DNA from: Fistulifera solaris
Taxonomy: Eukaryota
Length of the DNA stretch: 64,000 nucleotides
Assembly: GCA_030295235.1 (NCBI GenBank)
Contig: AP026127.1
Span: 248,001-312,000 of the forward strand
Direction of reading: 5' to 3'
Shown piece after piece: positions 37,233 through 50,683 of the stretch (its first letter is position 1; every line of letters begins with the position of its first letter). A program made the position numbers and the translations under genes. The notes beneath the pieces are model-generated. The model was not told the DNA's origin. It searched no databases and saw only the letters and a list, made by a program, of their open reading frames with translations.

Positions 37233-37952
37233 ATGACAACGTCAATGCCAACTTTCAGCGATAATACTCACAAAGTTAAGACCACCGGCGATTCAGTATC
37301 TGACGAACGCTATGGCTCGATGTTTGACACGCCTCTGTACAGAGCAGCTGTGTCTGGAGATTGCAACTTGGTAAAGGCTCTTATCGAGGCAGGCCACGAT
37401 GTGAATCGTAGCATTCGCAGCCATACTGCTATAGAATTGGTTATCAATAACGAGTTACGATACGGAACCAGACCGCTGCAAATTCTCCTCGGAGCCGGAG
37501 CTAATCCAAATCTATGGGTTCGCTGGAAGGATTATTTTGGAAATATACATCAAGGCCCGTGCCTTCACCTAGCTCTTGCAACAGGAAGAATCGCGTCCGC
37601 CAAGATTCTATTGTCTTCAGCCTCGACGAATTTACATGCATGTGACTCTGCAGGTCGAACCGCACTCTACATTTCACTAGGAAACGAAGAAACTCACGGA
37701 ACGCTTGACGCCATGATCCGAGAAATGTCCATTTTGAATTTTATTGCGTCTAGCCGAGGACTACCAGCCCCAGCTGCTGCATGGAACCAGATGCCGACCA
37801 TGTTTTATACACTTCTAAGCAACGGTATTTGTCCGTTTCACAAAGAGGCGCACGAAGAAAGTGTCTTTGAGAAAGCTTGCCAAGCGGGTCAGGTTTCTTA
37901 CGTATTTGAGATAATACGCAACTATCCTCAAATTTGTATCCGGATTACTTGA
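37233..37952 (+). CDS. Ankyrin-repeat protein (local family member 2)
   Basis: TPLYRAAVSGDCNLVKALIEAGHDVN, LLGAGANPN and CLHLALATG. Start codon uncertain. Confidence 0.8.
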   Translation: MTTSMPTFSDNTHKVKTTGDSVSDERYGSMFDTPLYRAAVSGDCNLVKALIEAGHDVNRSIRSHTAIELVINNELRYGTRPLQILLGAGANPNLWVRWKDYFGNIHQGPCLHLALATGRIASAKILLSSASTNLHACDSAGRTALYISLGNEETHGTLDAMIREMSILNFIASSRGLPAPAAAWNQMPTMFYTLLSNGICPFHKEAHEESVFEKACQAGQVSYVFEIIRNYPQICIRIT

Positions 37953-39804
37953 TCCGTCGAGAAATAAATCAATTGGCGAATCCGTTCATGGCGGGCTGAT
38001 CTTAGCTGCTGCAGCTTCTATTGCGCTTGTTGACTCGCAGTCTGAGGCAATGCCGTTACGAGGTGGTCGCCTTTCAGTAGACGTAAACAAGCAAAAGCAG
38101 AACGCTCCTTAAGTGAGGGCTGCAGAAAATAGGCGGCGCGCAAGAAAGTTCGGAAAGCCGCAGTCAACAGAAATATGAGATGACGCGGACACCATGGCGA
38201 ACCATGCTTACCAATAAACAGTTAAAAATTGAAATTTTTTATGAATTTAAACCAAAATAAAACACTTGGGTCGCGTCAAACAAAAAGGCTGAAAGGCGGT
38301 CAACTCATGCTGCTCTGGCTGGAGCGGCTTTGATAACAAGGTATCTTCCGTGTTGGACTGGTTCAGGTGTGACACCAGGGTCTTCTTGTCGGGAAGATTG
38401 CAGAGATGGCGACTTGTTTTTGTTAATTTTTTCGTAAGCGGCGACCGCGCTCATGTTCTTCCAATGACACGATCGGTAGTCTGACTCGCAAAGACGTATA
38501 GGAGAATTTTTCATTGTAATTAGGCGTCTCATACATGGCAACATGACCGAAGCGAACACTCTTTTGTGGTGTGATGGAGAGCTGATGAGGTGTGGAAGGC
38601 ATGGAGGTGAATGGTGAACTGTCGTAGTATGCAAATCGTCTGTTTCTTGTAATTTAGATTGTGATAGTGGTCGTTTGGCTTTTGATGCTAGGTGGGCAAG
38701 TGATAAAGCTCGAATCTCCACTGACTTGTCATGCATCTATTTTGGACTTGTTATTTTAACTTGCTCAAGCTGGTAACAAAAATTGAATGAATGACCTGCA
38801 ACTCGACCCTTTTGTTTGTTTCTCTCCGGCTACTGTAGTTTAGGGGAAATTGTAGTGACTTTCCAAATCGTGAATCGTGATCCATGATCTACATTGGTCA
38901 TTTCTTGACTTTTAATTTCAATGTGCAACTGCAAGTCATAAGTCACAAGGGTGTCAGTCACACATCGCACGTATCATTTATCATTTTTCACTTTTCACAT
39001 TATTTATGAAGCATTCTGAATTCTGAATATATGACCTGAGAGAGCGGAGAGGCGTGAGACGTGAGACCGCGGACTCTAGAGACTTTAGTGCTAGGAGCTA
39101 ATAAGGAAAAATAAGATTGAGGATTGTGGAGAAAGGAGGAGTGAGGAGCAAGGCCATTTTCGAATAGTGTACATGGCAAGATACAAGATATGGTTCATCG
39201 TTTATCACCTTAGTACTTTATGCTTTGTAATGAGCAGGAAGCAGGAAGAAGCCTTCCAATCAGTCTATACTCTATGCGGATAATTGCGGGCTGCGGGCAG
39301 CTGGCTAGCTGGCTTCTGGCTTCGTCGTTCTTTGAATCTTTGAATGTGTAATCTACCTTCAAAGCAGCAGACAGTAGAAGGTAAACTGTAAACAAGGCAG
39401 AATGCAGAATTTCATACCTGTGCTCTGTGCTTTTATCGAACGTCTTACTTCGTCACTCTGTTTCCCGTTTTCCCCTTTCTCAGAGAGATCCCCTCTACCA
39501 CGACTACAGTGCTTCACTCTGGCTCACTACCTTGTCATCACGACAAAGTGATTTTGTTCGCCAACAGGTCTCTCTAGCTAAAGATTGGGGATCACTTAGA
39601 TTTAAAACGAGTACGATTTTCAGGAGCTTGCTTTTTCAAAGGAAGAAGTTGCTTTTTGCTCAAAGACGTCTCTTTGCGAGAACAGCGATCCTCCAATGAA
39701 GACCATCCTATTTGTAAGAGCCGAGCGTGGACCGTTTTCAACAAGGGATGTGATACAGCAAAATGAGAGCTTTCGAGTTTTCGATGAATTTACCACGGTA
39801 TAAA

Positions 39805-41237
39805 TCATCGCTCGGCTTGCTTTGCTTTCTCCAGTGCTTCTTGTAGCTGCGTGGGTCCATCAATCCGTTGCAGTGCAACCGGACCGGTATAACAAAAGGT
39901 ACCGGGTGTTCTGGTCAATCTTTCAATGATGCGTTGTCGAGCTACAGGGTCTGCGTAACGTTGCTCGGGCAAAGAGACCGTTCCCGGATCAGGGTACTCT
40001 AAACAGTCCATCGCAAATTCCGCACACGATTGTGCAACACATTGTCGAAACGAGTCGTGCGCTTGAACGATGGAAATACCGGATTGATCGTCGAGCGCTG
40101 CATCAATTCTCATGGCGTGTGTTTCGCCATTTGCAAAAGAGTTTTTCCATTGGAGCCAAGCGTCAGTAGCACTCACCAACGGTTGTGAAAAATCCGCCAA
40201 AACTTGCGAGAATCGTTCATTTCTCCACCACGACCGTGGTACAAGGTGAACAAGAACTCCCAGCATGGTATTCCAGACATCGGGTGCTGTACCCATGGCA
40301 GCCGACGAATCAATTCGACGCCATCGAAAGGAATCCGTGGCATCTTTCAAAACGGTCGGAACGGTCGCTGCCTCCGGAAAGGGCCACGCAAACACTTGTT
40401 TCGTACCAACCCTTTGTCGGACACGTTCATTGGCTTCTTTCAAATGCTCTGGAACCTGCGGCAAAAAGAAATCAACGGTTCCCAACAATCGTCCTGACAA
40501 TTCCATGAAAAACGCAAAACACCACCATCATATTGCGTCATGGGATCGCCAAAGCCCACATTGGTAATGAAGAGATTCACGGGTCCGCTACCATCCAACC
40601 CGGCCGTAAAGTACTGAAATCGCAACGATTGAAGGGTGCGTTCCGGGTCCAGTTGCGCCACCGCTTCCACGCCTAACACGTTGGACAGGCCCGGAAACGC
40701 CCCGGCGGCCACTAAGGCCGTCGTATTTCCGCTGTCGATAAGTAAAAGGCTTGTTCCAAGTAGGGCAAAGGATCCGCAACATCCACATACACGCGACAGC
40801 GTGCCAATTGCAGTGGAAATGGGTGTCCGATGCGCGTACGGTCCGGCCATATGAATGAATCAAGCAAAATCGAAAAATCGGATATCGCTTCCAACAGTGG
40901 TTGCAAGTTCCTGTGCATCCCAAATATCGGCCACGGCATGAAAATTGAACAACAGCGTGGGGATGTTGTGATTTTAACTCCAGCAAAGCGCGTTGTCCTT
41001 TGACAACATTCCGACCGACCAAATGAAGAATGGATTGGGGTTGTCTTCGCAAAAGATGATGGGCCACACTGCCGATCCAATCTGTCCCGTTCCTCCCAAC
41101 AACAAATACGAATACGCTGGTTCGTGACTAGAAGTCGCTCGAAGTGGTTGATGCTTTTTTCTTGCCTGAAAATAATAGTGTTTCGTCGAAAAGGCACATA
41201 TTCGAGCATGGTTGGAAGTCGTCAAAAGAGAGAACAT
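39805..41237 (-). CDS. Saccharopine dehydrogenase-like NAD(P)-binding protein, probably plastid
   Basis: Rossmann motif LLLGGTGQIG, then HMAGPY, YVDVAD, AGAFPGLSNV and FTAGL.GSG. Spread over several frames by 1-bp indels. Confidence 0.75.
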
Positions 41238-41724
41238 AGTAACGCCGGAAGTCGACGCATACTTTTGTTACGCGAATGATTCTTTTTCTGAGCAACTGAT
41301 AATGATAATCATTCATCAAGTTTATAATCGGTCGCTCTCGTCGTCGCGTCGCTTCGCCGCGCATATCCTCTTGTTCTGATTATTTTTTTGGCTTTCGAGA
41401 CAAGAGACGAGTGAGGTCATTCGTGACTCAAATCGTTCATTTTACTCGTTCGTGCTATTTATTTCTTCATCGTGAGCCACGCACGCCATCCTTTTAACGT
41501 GCACCTTCGACCCGAGACCTACTTTTAAAGTAGATACTGCTGGTTCATTGGCAGTTTGTCGGAATTTCGTTGCAGCTCCGTTTGTTCCTCTTTTCGATCT
41601 CTATTTTTTCGTCGTCGTTTCAATTACAATTCTTCTACTTTTGCTTTCTCTTTCAAATTTTTCAAAAAACCAATCTCTTCCTCCTCCGCAAAAGAAAGAA
41701 GAAGACTTTGTTGATTCCTTTCAT

Positions 41725-42614
41725 ATGCCGCGACCACGTTTAACGGTACAAGAATGGGACTGCGCTCAGCGCGTGTTTCAACGTCAACGACCGGACGAAA
41801 TTCGTTCCTTTCTTCAGAATCATCCGAAATGTGTCCACCACACCAACCATCTGACCCAAAGTACCTTAAAGTATGCCATCATGACGCAAAACACACCCCT
41901 GTGTGAAGTATTGATTGAATTGGGAGCCGATATTCACAATGGATGTCATTGGCAGAACATTCCCCATTCGCCCCTCTTTGTCGCACTTGTCACACACAAT
42001 TTCCGTATGGTCGACCGTTTACTGCAACACGGAGCCAACATGAACCGTAATTTGAACGGTGGTATGACCATTCTACGACGATTGATATTGAACGAAGAGG
42101 AGTATGGACTCGAGCCGTTGCAGTATGCGCTCCAAAAGGGGGCCGATCCCAACGGTAGGACAACATGGATCGATCGTAGCGGCAAACACCGAAACTCCGG
42201 ATCACTACTGGTAATGGCGTTGGCGTTGGGTCATTTGTCATCGGCAAAAGTGTTGTTGGATCATCCAAACACGGATATGACGAAATCATCACCAGGTGCA
42301 TTGGCCGTGGCCATTGCACACAATTCTACCAATGGAATGGATCTATGCCCTATTTTCCAAGCAAAAGTGTCATTCGGATGACCTACCTTTAGAAACGGCG
42401 GTGCGATGTGGAAACACGGACGCCGTTCGTCTTTTTGCAAAACGGCGCCGATCCGTTGCAACGCATCAAAACCGGTATTACTGTCTTGGAACTGGCCTGT
42501 TCGGAAGCCAGTGTCTCCATCATCTTTGAATTTTTACAGGCTCATCAGACTCTTTGTTGTTGCAATCGAACGACAAAAAGGAACAACAACATGAAATCAC
42601 TTTGCAGAATGTGA
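41725..42614 (+). CDS. Ankyrin-repeat protein (local family member 3)
   Basis: LIELGADI, SPLFVAL..LLQHGANMN and LQKGADPN. Frameshifts near 42350-42435. May extend into the acidic ORF ending at 42873. Confidence 0.75.
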
Positions 42615-43201
42615 CGAATTCACAAAAGGGTTGTCGTTCCGAAACGACGATGCGTTACATCATGGCGTCATGGATTGTTCCATTCGGGAGAGCCGCGACG
42701 ACGACGAAAGTTCCACTCGTTATTCGAGTTGTCATTCTCACTTTAGCTCAGAGGAATCAAGTCGGGGTAACTATTCCTTTGAATGGGAGACGCTGGACAT
42801 GCAGCAGAGCAATGATGATGATGACGACGATCAAGTCTCGTTCTATACCTGTTTCGAAAGGTTCAACGTATGATCGATTTGCTTACAAACTATGAAAGAA
42901 ATGCAGCGTCAAGTAATTCTGTAACTAACAATAAATGATAAGGGTGTAAGGTGTACAGCGTTAGGATTGGTACCGGTTGGACATTGGCCACTGTGACGTC
43001 ATCGGCATAACGAAGAGATGGAAGATGGAACAAAACGCACAACACCATAAACAGCAACAACAAACCTTTCATTCTCATTCATATCTTGAATTCTTATTAG
43101 CTATTGACAAGGTGGAACACTTATTGAGTCGCTGAAGGGAAATTTACGCCGGCTTTCGTTCAAAAACCAATAATCAGCAAACTGCAAATCATTCCAATTT
43201 C

Positions 43202-44336
43202 ATGTTCACTCCGTTTTCCCTTATTCTCATGTCCGTTCTACTCGTCCGGTCGATCGGGGCGTGGCAATCTCCAGCACTGTCTCGGCTACATCATCGTCAT
43301 TCGTGGCTATGCCTGTATTCGACCAAACGAATTGTGTATTTGGGTACACCCGAAGTGGCCGCAACGACACTTTCGACCTTGCATGACGCTTCTCTCGACC
43401 AAAATTGGGAAATTGTCAGTGTCGTGACCCAACCACCGACACGACGACGTCGAAAAGGTGACAAATTGGAACCCAGTCCGGTCGGAAAGACGGCTGAATT
43501 GCTCGGAATCCCGGTACTGACTCCGCAAAAAAGCCAACGATCCGCAATTTTTAGATGCCCTGCAAGACTTGCAACCCGATTTGTGTATTACGGCGGCGTA
43601 CGGACAATACTTGCCAAAACGATTCTTGGCGACACCAACGGCTGGAACGGTCAACATTCATCCAAGCTTGTTACCGAAATGGCGGGGAGCCAGCCCGGTG
43701 CAACGATCGTTGCAAGCCGGAGACAATCCGGTCGGAGTGACGGTCCTCTATACCGTCTCGAAAATGGACGCGGGGCCCATTATTTCGCAAATTTCCGTGC
43801 CCATCGAAGATACCGAAACATCCATTACGGTGTTACCGAAACTATTCGAAATTGGTACAAAGGAATTGATTCGAGTCTTACCCGACATTTTGTCGGGCCA
43901 AATCACCGAAACGGCGACACCCCAAGACGACGCGCAAGCGACGGCGGCCCATTTGATTTCGACCGCAGAAAGTGAACTCAAAGTATGGAATCAAACCGCA
44001 CGCGAATGTCACAATCAAAATCGTGGTTTTGCCATGTGGCCGCAAACGTATTTGTGGATTCAACCGGGGGATCGGGAACCGATCCAAATCAAAGTGTTGG
44101 AGACGCGAGTACCGGTGATGGATCCCATCGAACCGGTCACCAACACTATCACGGTCGGTCCCACCAGGCAGGATGGATTGTATGTCACATGCTTTGACGG
44201 TTCCGTCTTGGAGCTTCTCAAAGTCCAACCTGCGACCAAAAAGGCATTTGCGGCGCGCGATTTGCAAAATGGTTATCCCGGAGAGACGTTACGGTGGATT
44301 CGTCAGATCAAAGACGACGAGGAATCATCCAGTTAG
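43202..44336 (+). CDS. fmt: Methionyl-tRNA formyltransferase, organellar
   Basis: IVYLGTPE, VVTQP, TAAYG, NIHPSLLPKWRGASP and MDAGPI. Signal peptide + AW leader. Frameshift in the A-run near 43530. Confidence 0.93.
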
Positions 44337-44422
44337 TTCTTAGTATGTAAAAAAATGGCTATTGATTCATTTAATAACAATACAATTACATTATTACACT
44401 AGCAACACAGCGAGGGATTATT

Positions 44423-45909
44423 TTATTCCTCTACCAGAATACTCTCTTCGTCCACACAATTGTTGATTTGTCGGCGACACGTCCGTTGATGCAAATCCAG
44501 AACCGGAAAGCCGGTACCACCTTCCACGTACAAAAACGGATAATTCACAATATGACGGTGCAGGTCTTGAATGGTCGTTAGATTGTAATACCGGTACTTG
44601 GCACGACGAAATCCACACTGCCACCAGAATTCGGCAATCCCTTCGCCACACGCCCGGTTGTTGAGCAACGGTTTAGAATGATTCATGCCCGGATTACTCG
44701 CATACCATTTTCCTTGATCGCAACAGGCCATCTGTTCATTGAGTGGATCCAACGTCCACATTTGGGTGGTGAAGTCTCGCGGCAATATTTTTTCTTGGCG
44801 TGTATAGAGTGGAAAATTCTTCTCGAAAGGCAACGGCTGAAACCGATGCGCCGAAATGCTTTTGTTTTCTCGCAAAATGGCAGTAAAAGCCGGTAACGCA
44901 CTCGGTCGGGCATGTAGGATCAAATCCGGTTCGGTAAAATACACAAACTCCCACCGTGACGCATTCGGTCCCAACCATTGATCGGCTTGGGTCTGTTTGA
45001 TTCGTGCGGCTTGGAGTTTGGCTTGTGCCGTCGTGTTCGACACGACCGTGGGTAAGGACCACGTTTGTGTCAACAATGCCGTCTGCAATTGTTCCAAGGC
45101 CGTCTTCGGCAAGAATTTGGTGTCAACATTTGACATCGGAATGACTTGTAATTCCATAAATCGCATCTGAATCTTGTCTTGGATGGACGCAAAGACTTCT
45201 TCGACTTGTTGGGTTTCATTTTGATCCAAACGTCCCCCGACCGCCACCACACACCGTCCCATCCCCATTTGCCACAACGACACCAAAGTCGCCCGAAGGG
45301 CGGTTTCCGGCAATCGATGATCACTGTTCGGTAACGGCGCCAAATACGGCAAAACGGCAATCGTGTTGGGTGCCGGTGAATCGGGAAAAATGGGCCACGG
45401 CATGGTTTGTTGCGTATAATTTTGCAAATGCTCTTCAATGACGGCAAAGGCTTCCAAGTCGTGATCGGTCTGACGTTTTTGGAAATGTTTCCAAAAGACC
45501 GACAAATGCGTCACGGACAAATCGATCCAATCGACCGGTTGATGGACGGGAAATTTGCGAAACAGTTTGAAGGAAGCCGCTTCGAGTTGTCGAAAATACG
45601 CCGACCATTCGACCTGTAAAAGGAATCACGGGAGGCCCACCACATGCCCGCGTACGCTTGCGCCAACGTCGCCCAATCACTGCCGTGCAACCATTGGACG
45701 GGTCTAGCTGCTGTTGCATTCGAATAGTAAGCGAGTGGTGTCGGTGCATTGTCGTGTGATATACTAGAACTAGTAGTGCTGTTTTCTGAAGCAAACGAAA
45801 GGACGGTGCCGTAACGATGAACGAGATTTTGTTGTTGTTGCAGAATCAGTGTCGCGGCGGCTGCCATCAAATAGAGAAACGCATAATAACGATACGGTCG
45901 AGAAGTCAT
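44423..45909 (-). CDS. Type II membrane protein, possible glycosyltransferase-like
   Basis: N-terminal signal-anchor (ORF 45511-45909) joined by a frameshift near 45520 to a 365-aa ORF containing FVYFTEPDLIL. Function is a guess. Confidence 0.55.
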
Positions 45910-46275
45910 AATTGTTGATTAGACAACATAAGAAGCAGTATAGTTGATAATGTTGATAGAAAAGAAACAAAAGGTCGATTGCGATTGTGGATTGTGTGTT
46001 TTGTGATGTCTTGCTTTTTGTCTTGCAAGTTTCTGAAAAGCTCCTGTGAAAATAATGTGAAAGTTCTTGTCGTTGATTTTATACGACGTTCTACGTAAGT
46101 TTGCGTCACTGGAATGAATCATCATTGGCACGTTTGACTTTCTACAATTCGTGCTAGAGTTCCAACATTTACTTAGACCAACTCGGAAGCCCATTGGCAA
46201 CGGTCGGAACATTTTGAGCGATAGTCGATAGTCGCGTTTCTCAACAGAAATCGATGATGATTCACGAATAGTGAT

Positions 46276-47611
46276 TCACGAATCAGCCGCCATTCCCGTC
46301 CGAGCCTCCCAACCGAACCGTGTGAGCGGATGCGTGACACGGTAACAAGTCCCGTGAATTTCCACCCTACCATCTCGGCGTTGATGATAGTCGTGGACCA
46401 ATTGAGACACCGAAGGCAAGGGTGTGGTTTGAATTTGGATAGAAGAAGGAGGATCTAGCATCGGCTCCAGCAATTGTGTCACGTAGCGGCCAATGCCTAA
46501 ACTCGCGGTCAAACCTATGACGACGACACAAACAATGGTGTGAGCCCCCACCGACAAATTTGATCCTCGATTGGCTTCACTTACCCGTAGAACGTATACT
46601 CGCACAAGCAATCCAGTTGTGCGACACGGATATTTGGTAATCGCGATGCTCTGTGCCGGGTCGGAGGCCCACATAGTCGCCTACATGCGACAGAGGATCC
46701 AATGGAGGCACCATACGTAAGGCGAGTTGCTCCAACGCGGCACTCACGGAAGGATCGACGGAACGATCCTCCCGGGATTCTTGATCCACGGCCGTCGGTC
46801 CTACCACGAGTTGATCGTACAGCGTCGAAAAGACAAAAATGCCCTTGGTTCGGTCGGTTGGTACCGGTTGGATGGGACGTTGTACTAAAGTTGGAGATGA
46901 ATAAACGCGATATTGTCCGCGGCGGGGTTGGGCGGTCCAATGACAGGTTCCGTTCGCCAATTGCACGAGATCGGTCCAGAGTCCCGTTGCATTGACGACC
47001 GTGCGAGCATGTAATTGAGTGGGATTGAGACTTGCTGCGTCGGTCTGTTTTCGCTGGATCGTCCATATACCATCCTCACCCTGCGCGGATGTGTCAGGAT
47101 CCATTTCGAATTGTGTGAAAATGGTAGCGCCATTTTGTTTGGCGTGAACGGCCAAGGCAATCGAAAACAACCACGGATCGACCACCATTTCTCCCGGAAT
47201 ATGAACCGCTCCGGTGCATTGTTGACTCAAATGAGGCTCCCATTGCCTTACTTCCTCTCGTGTCAGTCGTTGGGCACCGAGCGATTCGTGTAACACCGCG
47301 TCGAGATCGCCGTCCTCCCACGGCCAAGTACACACGAGCGAACCACAATCCCGGTACGGCACATTCATTTCGTGACAAAATTGTCGCACATTTGAGTTCT
47401 GAATCAAGGTACGTTCTAACGGCGCCGCATCGACGCCCGTACAAACAATCCCCGAATTGCTCCCACTGGCCCATTCCAACAGATCGGATTCACGTTCGAC
47501 GAGGGCACATCGCCATCCCTTTAAGGTCGCGGCCCGTAAGACGGCCAAACCAACGACACCTCCACCAATTATGATGACATCGTAAGGATCATCTGCCGAC
47601 GAAGTATTCAT
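46276..47611 (-). CDS. FAD-dependent oxidoreductase (DAO / glycerol-3-phosphate dehydrogenase / L2HGDH-like)
   Basis: DVIIIGGGVVG, ASGSNSG, RRGQY, GPTA, GLRP and IRST-GLTAS. Intron 46515-46584. Confidence 0.9.
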
Positions 47612-47974
47612 GCTGAAAGAGAATAAAGATGGCAACCTTTTTAGATATTTGTGTTTTGGAAAAATGCGGCGGAGAAAAATGCTTCTTCGAAGAAAATGGG
47701 GTCAGCCGAAGATACGAGTAGGACGTGTCGTAGCATGATTTATTACTCTGATACAAACTGTACCCGGGCATTCGTGTGTTCGTTTTTTTTCTCCGTGCAG
47801 CAAACTGCGGAGAGAGTTCGGCCGCTTCGTGGTGTTGATGTTCCTGTCTCTTTGTTCCTGTCATTACCTTTCAACCATACATTCCTTACTATATTTCCCC
47901 CCTTATTGTTCTCAGAGCAACAACGACAGGATCAGCGTTGACAAGAAATTGAGAGAGACAGTACTTTTTGTAAC

Positions 47975-49061
47975 ATGACACGGCTGCAATATTCGGGACG
48001 CTGGAAGCCTGTGAACTCGAAGAAATGGGTGCGTACCGTGGAGCCAGCCAACGTACCTAAGCATTCTTGGAAACGCCCCGTGCCAGAAATGACTTCTTCT
48101 TCTTTGAAGACGCCAAAGGAAGCCTTTGAATCGTCGGAAATGACGGTCTCGGCGGGCTATCAAGTTTCTCGCAATAAGCTGATACGAAAGGATGTTGAGA
48201 GTGAAACAGTGACCTCAGCGAACCACGGAATGACTGCTTCCGAGCCGATACAAACGATTGAAACGAGTCAAAAGGATGCTAAAGCAAAGGAATCATCGTC
48301 GCAAATGGCTGCCCCCTCCGGCTATCTAGTGTCTCGAAACAAACTGATACGCAAGGATGTGGAGAAAGAGACAGCTCTCACACCACATCACGGAATGACT
48401 GCCTCGATACAAATCGAGGAAGCGGCATCGAATGAAACGGCGGGAGGATACAAGGTGTCCCGAAACAAATTAGTACGAAAGGACGCGATAACAGAGCCAA
48501 CGAATGGCAACTACAAGATAGACAAGAAAAATAGTCGACGACTCACCGAAGATGATGCTGCGAAAGAGGTACCGTCACAGCCGGTATCCCAAAATTCAGA
48601 TGCTGTTTGCAAATATTCGCGAGTTTCAAAAGCGTAAGCGCCCGGCACCCGCCAAACGCATTCACGTAGACTCGACAGACGAAGAAAAGCCAGAAGATGA
48701 GGAGGAAGAACGAGGTAAGAAAGTGTTGACTGATTTTGCGTACCGTGAAACCAAGTCGCAAGGCTTGGTGCGTGTGCAGAAAGATGCAGTGTGTCCCACA
48801 TTCTTGCAAGGCATCGAATGCACCAACGTTCGTTGTCTGAAGCGACACGATGTGCCTGCCGAACAAGCAATGCCCATTTGCTCCTTCTTTCAACGCAAGG
48901 GCATGTGTTTGAAGGAGGACTGTAAGTTTCGTCACGTCAAAGTGAGTGTCGGTGCTTTGAATTGTCCCAACTTTGAGCGGAAGGGGTATTGTGATGATGT
49001 ATCGTGTAAATTGATGCATCGGAACCGACCGCGGGTTCAGCCCAAGCGCTCGATCACGTAG
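47975..49061 (+). CDS. CCCH zinc-finger protein, ZC3H3-like
   Basis: Three C-terminal CCCH fingers (CPTF..C..C..H, CSFF..C..C..H, CPNF..C..C..H) and three GYxVSRNKL(I/V)RKD repeats. Frameshift near 48590. Confidence 0.75.
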
Positions 49062-49161
49062 TTTTGTTTCGTAAAGAAAAGTTAGTACAATATAAAGCAC
49101 ACATGTCTAGTTTATAATTGGATGGTAGCAAAGCTTGCAGGCAAGATCACGATAAAACTCG

Positions 49162-50683
49162 CTAATGACTGGGAATCAGAGAGAAGATTTGTCGGGCCAA
49201 ATTGGTCAGGGGTTCTCGCGACAACCATTGCGGATGATGCTCCGTTTGTTGAAGAACCGCAGCCACTTCGGCATTTTGTAATCGCAAAGCCCACTGTAAG
49301 CTGGTGTAACCATTGACTGCCTCCACATCCTTGGCGCCGTGACGCAGCAAAATTTGTACGGTGGACGGATTGTTGGAGCCCGCTGCGAAATGAAGGGCAC
49401 TCCAGCCGTTCACGTCCCTCTGATTCACATCCGCCATGCCACCATCTCCACTGGCGGTATCATCTACACCACGACAGAGAAACTCGAGAACTTGAAGAGA
49501 CCCGTGGAACGCGCTAGCGTGCAAGGGGCAGGTCTGTGTCCCATCGGAGCCCACATGAAACTTGTCGATGGGGACACATTGTTGTTGTACCAGCAGCTTG
49601 ACCGTCTCTAACATATCATCGCTGGCGCATGCATCGATTAAAAGCGTTGATAGTTGATTTTGAATGTGTTCCGAGTACAAAGAAAATTTTTCGGCGCGTC
49701 GAGCAGTGATAATTTCGGCCACAACACTTCGCGAACTCGCTAGCGCCTTGCGAAATGCTCCTACACATCCAGACGGTACTTGTTTTGGTATTTGCGACAC
49801 GCTGGATGCCTCCTCCGTCCCCTGAAACCTTGCATTGGCTTTATAAGCTTCGTAGACTTTGGCTGCTGACATGCTTTGCATACTGTGTGCCAGAGCTTCC
49901 ATGCGTTCGAGCATGGAGCGTTTTTCCGTTTCGGATACCATGGCAGCTCCCATTAAACTTCCCACTACACCCAATCGTAATATAATGTGAGAGAAGTCCG
50001 CGGCTGGAATGGAGTGTTCGGTCATCAACGACGCGGCGCCGCCGAGCAATGTGACCAAAAGAGCGGCACGAGCGGCGAGAGCCGAGCGATGGGGTGGGTG
50101 ATGTACATGATTTTTGATCCACTTTCTCAGCATCGTGAGAGAGAGGGGAGGATCTCGTAAAGATGTATTCGAACATAGGTACTCTTGGAGAATGCATTTT
50201 AATCGGGACCCATCCAAGGAAGCCAAGCGGGCCACAATCTCCAAGCCGTGTGCGGAAGGAACATCCTGCAGTGAAGCTCGTTGTAACTGGTGCTGTAAGA
50301 AATAAAAGCACTCGTAATTGGAAGTCTTTGACGTTTCGGAAAAGGCCGCCAGATCCGGTAAATCCAGATAGCTCAATACATGCATCATCACGTCGTTGTA
50401 AAGGATTTCGTTCGCCGACGATGACGCTTCTTCTTCGGTGTGCTCATCCAGCAACGACAACAAATCATTCACACTGTCTTTCGCCGCATCCGAGGCGGCG
50501 ACCGAAAAAGTAACAAGAGGAAATTTTGACCAAAGAAGTGTTAATACTCGTAGTTAGCGTTGCTTCTTCCGTGACATCGAATTCTACAGAGGAGGATGAT
50601 TCGTTCGAATCGTTTTCCGGTAGCAGCTCTGTGTATTGTTCCCAGCCTTCATTCGCTATCAAATTATCATGACTATTAGACAT
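49162..50683 (-). CDS. F-box-like + ankyrin-repeat protein
   Basis: LYNDVMMHVLSYLDLPDLAAFSETSK (F-box-like). Ankyrin repeats CPLHASA, SALHFAA and TSLQWAL. 5' ORF 50465-50683 probably joined through a frameshift; start uncertain. Confidence 0.75.

Noticed and set aside
38305..38736. 143-aa minus-strand ORF
   Set aside because: No recognisable motif or supporting gene structure.
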